37,745 nt of DNA from an uncultured virus (IMG/VR IMGVR_UViG_3300042257_000362). Taxonomy: Duplodnaviria > Heunggongvirae > Uroviricota > Caudoviricetes. The notes below the pieces were generated by a model. That model had not been told where the DNA came from, made no database searches, and saw nothing but the letters and a program-made list of their open reading frames with translations. The stretch covers positions 62,001 through 99,745 of IMG/VR virus record IMGVR_UViG_3300042257_000362, one strand, 5' to 3'. This document shows, one piece after another, positions 36,816-37,745 of this stretch. A program made the position numbers and the translations under genes. The number at the start of each line of letters is the position of its first letter. The first letter of the stretch is position 1.

Positions 36816-37723
36816 GTGAAATCACCATTAAGGAGTTAACTAAAGACTATGGACACTCACGTGGTGTTTTTAATGTCGAATTTGAAGTGAAAAAAGGTGA
36901 GATATTTGGTTTTATTGGAACCAACGGAAGCGGTAAAACTACGACAATTCGTCATATCATGGGTTTTAGTAGACCAGACAATGGGACGATAAAAGTTAGG
37001 AATATTGATGCAACAAAGCATTCAACAGAAGTGAAAAAATGGATTGGTTATGTTCCAGGAGAGATTGCATTTCCGGATTTGTCTACAGGAAAATCATTCA
37101 TTGAATCACAAGCAGAACTTCTTAAACTAAAAGATTTTGACTTAGCAAATCGACTAATCGATATTTTTAAGATTGATTTGCGAGTTAATCCTCGTAAAAT
37201 GAGTAAAGGTATGAAACAAAAAACTGCAATTATTGCTGGATTTATGAACAACTCAGACATTTTGATTCTTGATGAACCGACAACAGGATTGGATCCTCTA
37301 ATGAGAGAGGAGTTTATGCATTTACTTGAGTATGAACGAAATAAAGGAAAAACAATCTTTATTAGTAGTCATTTGTTTGATGAACTCGAAAACTTGTGTG
37401 ATCGTGTGGCTCTTATCAAAGATGGACATATTGTAAGTATCGCCAACATAAAAGAAATCAAACATCCAAATGAAAGAGAGTATAAGATTGAATTTAAGGA
37501 CAAAGAAAATTATGAAGCATTTATCAAGTTGCCATTCACATTTGATAATTATCGACCTGAGCAAAATCAAGTGTTTGTTATTGTAAAACGTGAGGAAATC
37601 CCTATATTTATTGCATCGTTAAGCAAATATAGTCTTAAGTTTGTGATAGAAATCAAATATAATTTAGAAAGATTTTTCAAAGATAAATTTAATTATAAAG
37701 AAATGGTTGGTGTTGAATTATGA
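36812..37723 (+). CDS. ABC transporter ATP-binding protein (second paralog)
   Basis: GTNGSGKT, MSKGM, LILDEPT, SSH. Confidence 0.93.
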   Translation: MSEITIKELTKDYGHSRGVFNVEFEVKKGEIFGFIGTNGSGKTTTIRHIMGFSRPDNGTIKVRNIDATKHSTEVKKWIGYVPGEIAFPDLSTGKSFIESQAELLKLKDFDLANRLIDIFKIDLRVNPRKMSKGMKQKTAIIAGFMNNSDILILDEPTTGLDPLMREEFMHLLEYERNKGKTIFISSHLFDELENLCDRVALIKDGHIVSIANIKEIKHPNEREYKIEFKDKENYEAFIKLPFTFDNYRPEQNQVFVIVKREEIPIFIASLSKYSLKFVIEIKYNLERFFKDKFNYKEMVGVEL

Positions 37724-37745
37724 TTAGTATTCCATTACTAAAACA
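37720..37745 (+). CDS. Start of the next gene, probably an ABC permease (truncated by the window)
   Basis: ATGA overlap with the upstream stop; MISIPLLK. Confidence 0.4.

Noticed and set aside
907..37570. Numerous short alternative-frame and antisense ORFs in the supplied track (e.g. 4504-4902, 22401-22826, 27681-28100)
   Set aside because: They lie within or largely overlap well-supported genes, with no recognisable motifs; treated as shadow ORFs
1..37745. Genetic code 4 (TGA as Trp), tRNA or rRNA genes
   Set aside because: Genes end at TGA with ATGA overlaps (11663, 22746, 36812, 37720) and long ORFs are intact under the standard code; no cloverleaf or rRNA-like segment seen

Overview
Most of this window (1 to ~35.7 kb) is the right-hand part of an AT-rich, HK97-type siphovirus prophage, and nearly all of its genes are on the + strand. 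The order is replication/recombination, late control, DNA methyltransferase plus SAM synthetase, HNH/cos/terminase, head, tail, putative holins, accessory genes, and two tandem large serine recombinases. Host ABC-transporter genes follow. TGA is used as a stop codon (standard code). I recognise no endolysin or tail-associated peptidoglycan hydrolase, which suggests a wall-less host such as Acholeplasmatales/Izemoplasmatales (inference). The most notable items are: (1) an AbiF/Abi_2 HEPN gene inserted in the tail operon behind a consensus promoter and a ~50-nt terminated hairpin RNA, a candidate RNA-antitoxin system; (2) a Pol-beta-family nucleotidyltransferase coupled to the holin-like genes; (3) a tail-chaperone extension in the +1/-2 frame rather than the usual -1; (4) a promoter-like motif repeated three times with identical spacing; (5) an iteron-plus-hairpin origin candidate; and (6) a possible IDGGxF/Y docking chain among the tail-tip proteins. 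All calls come from motif recognition and gene order. No database search or folding calculation was run.
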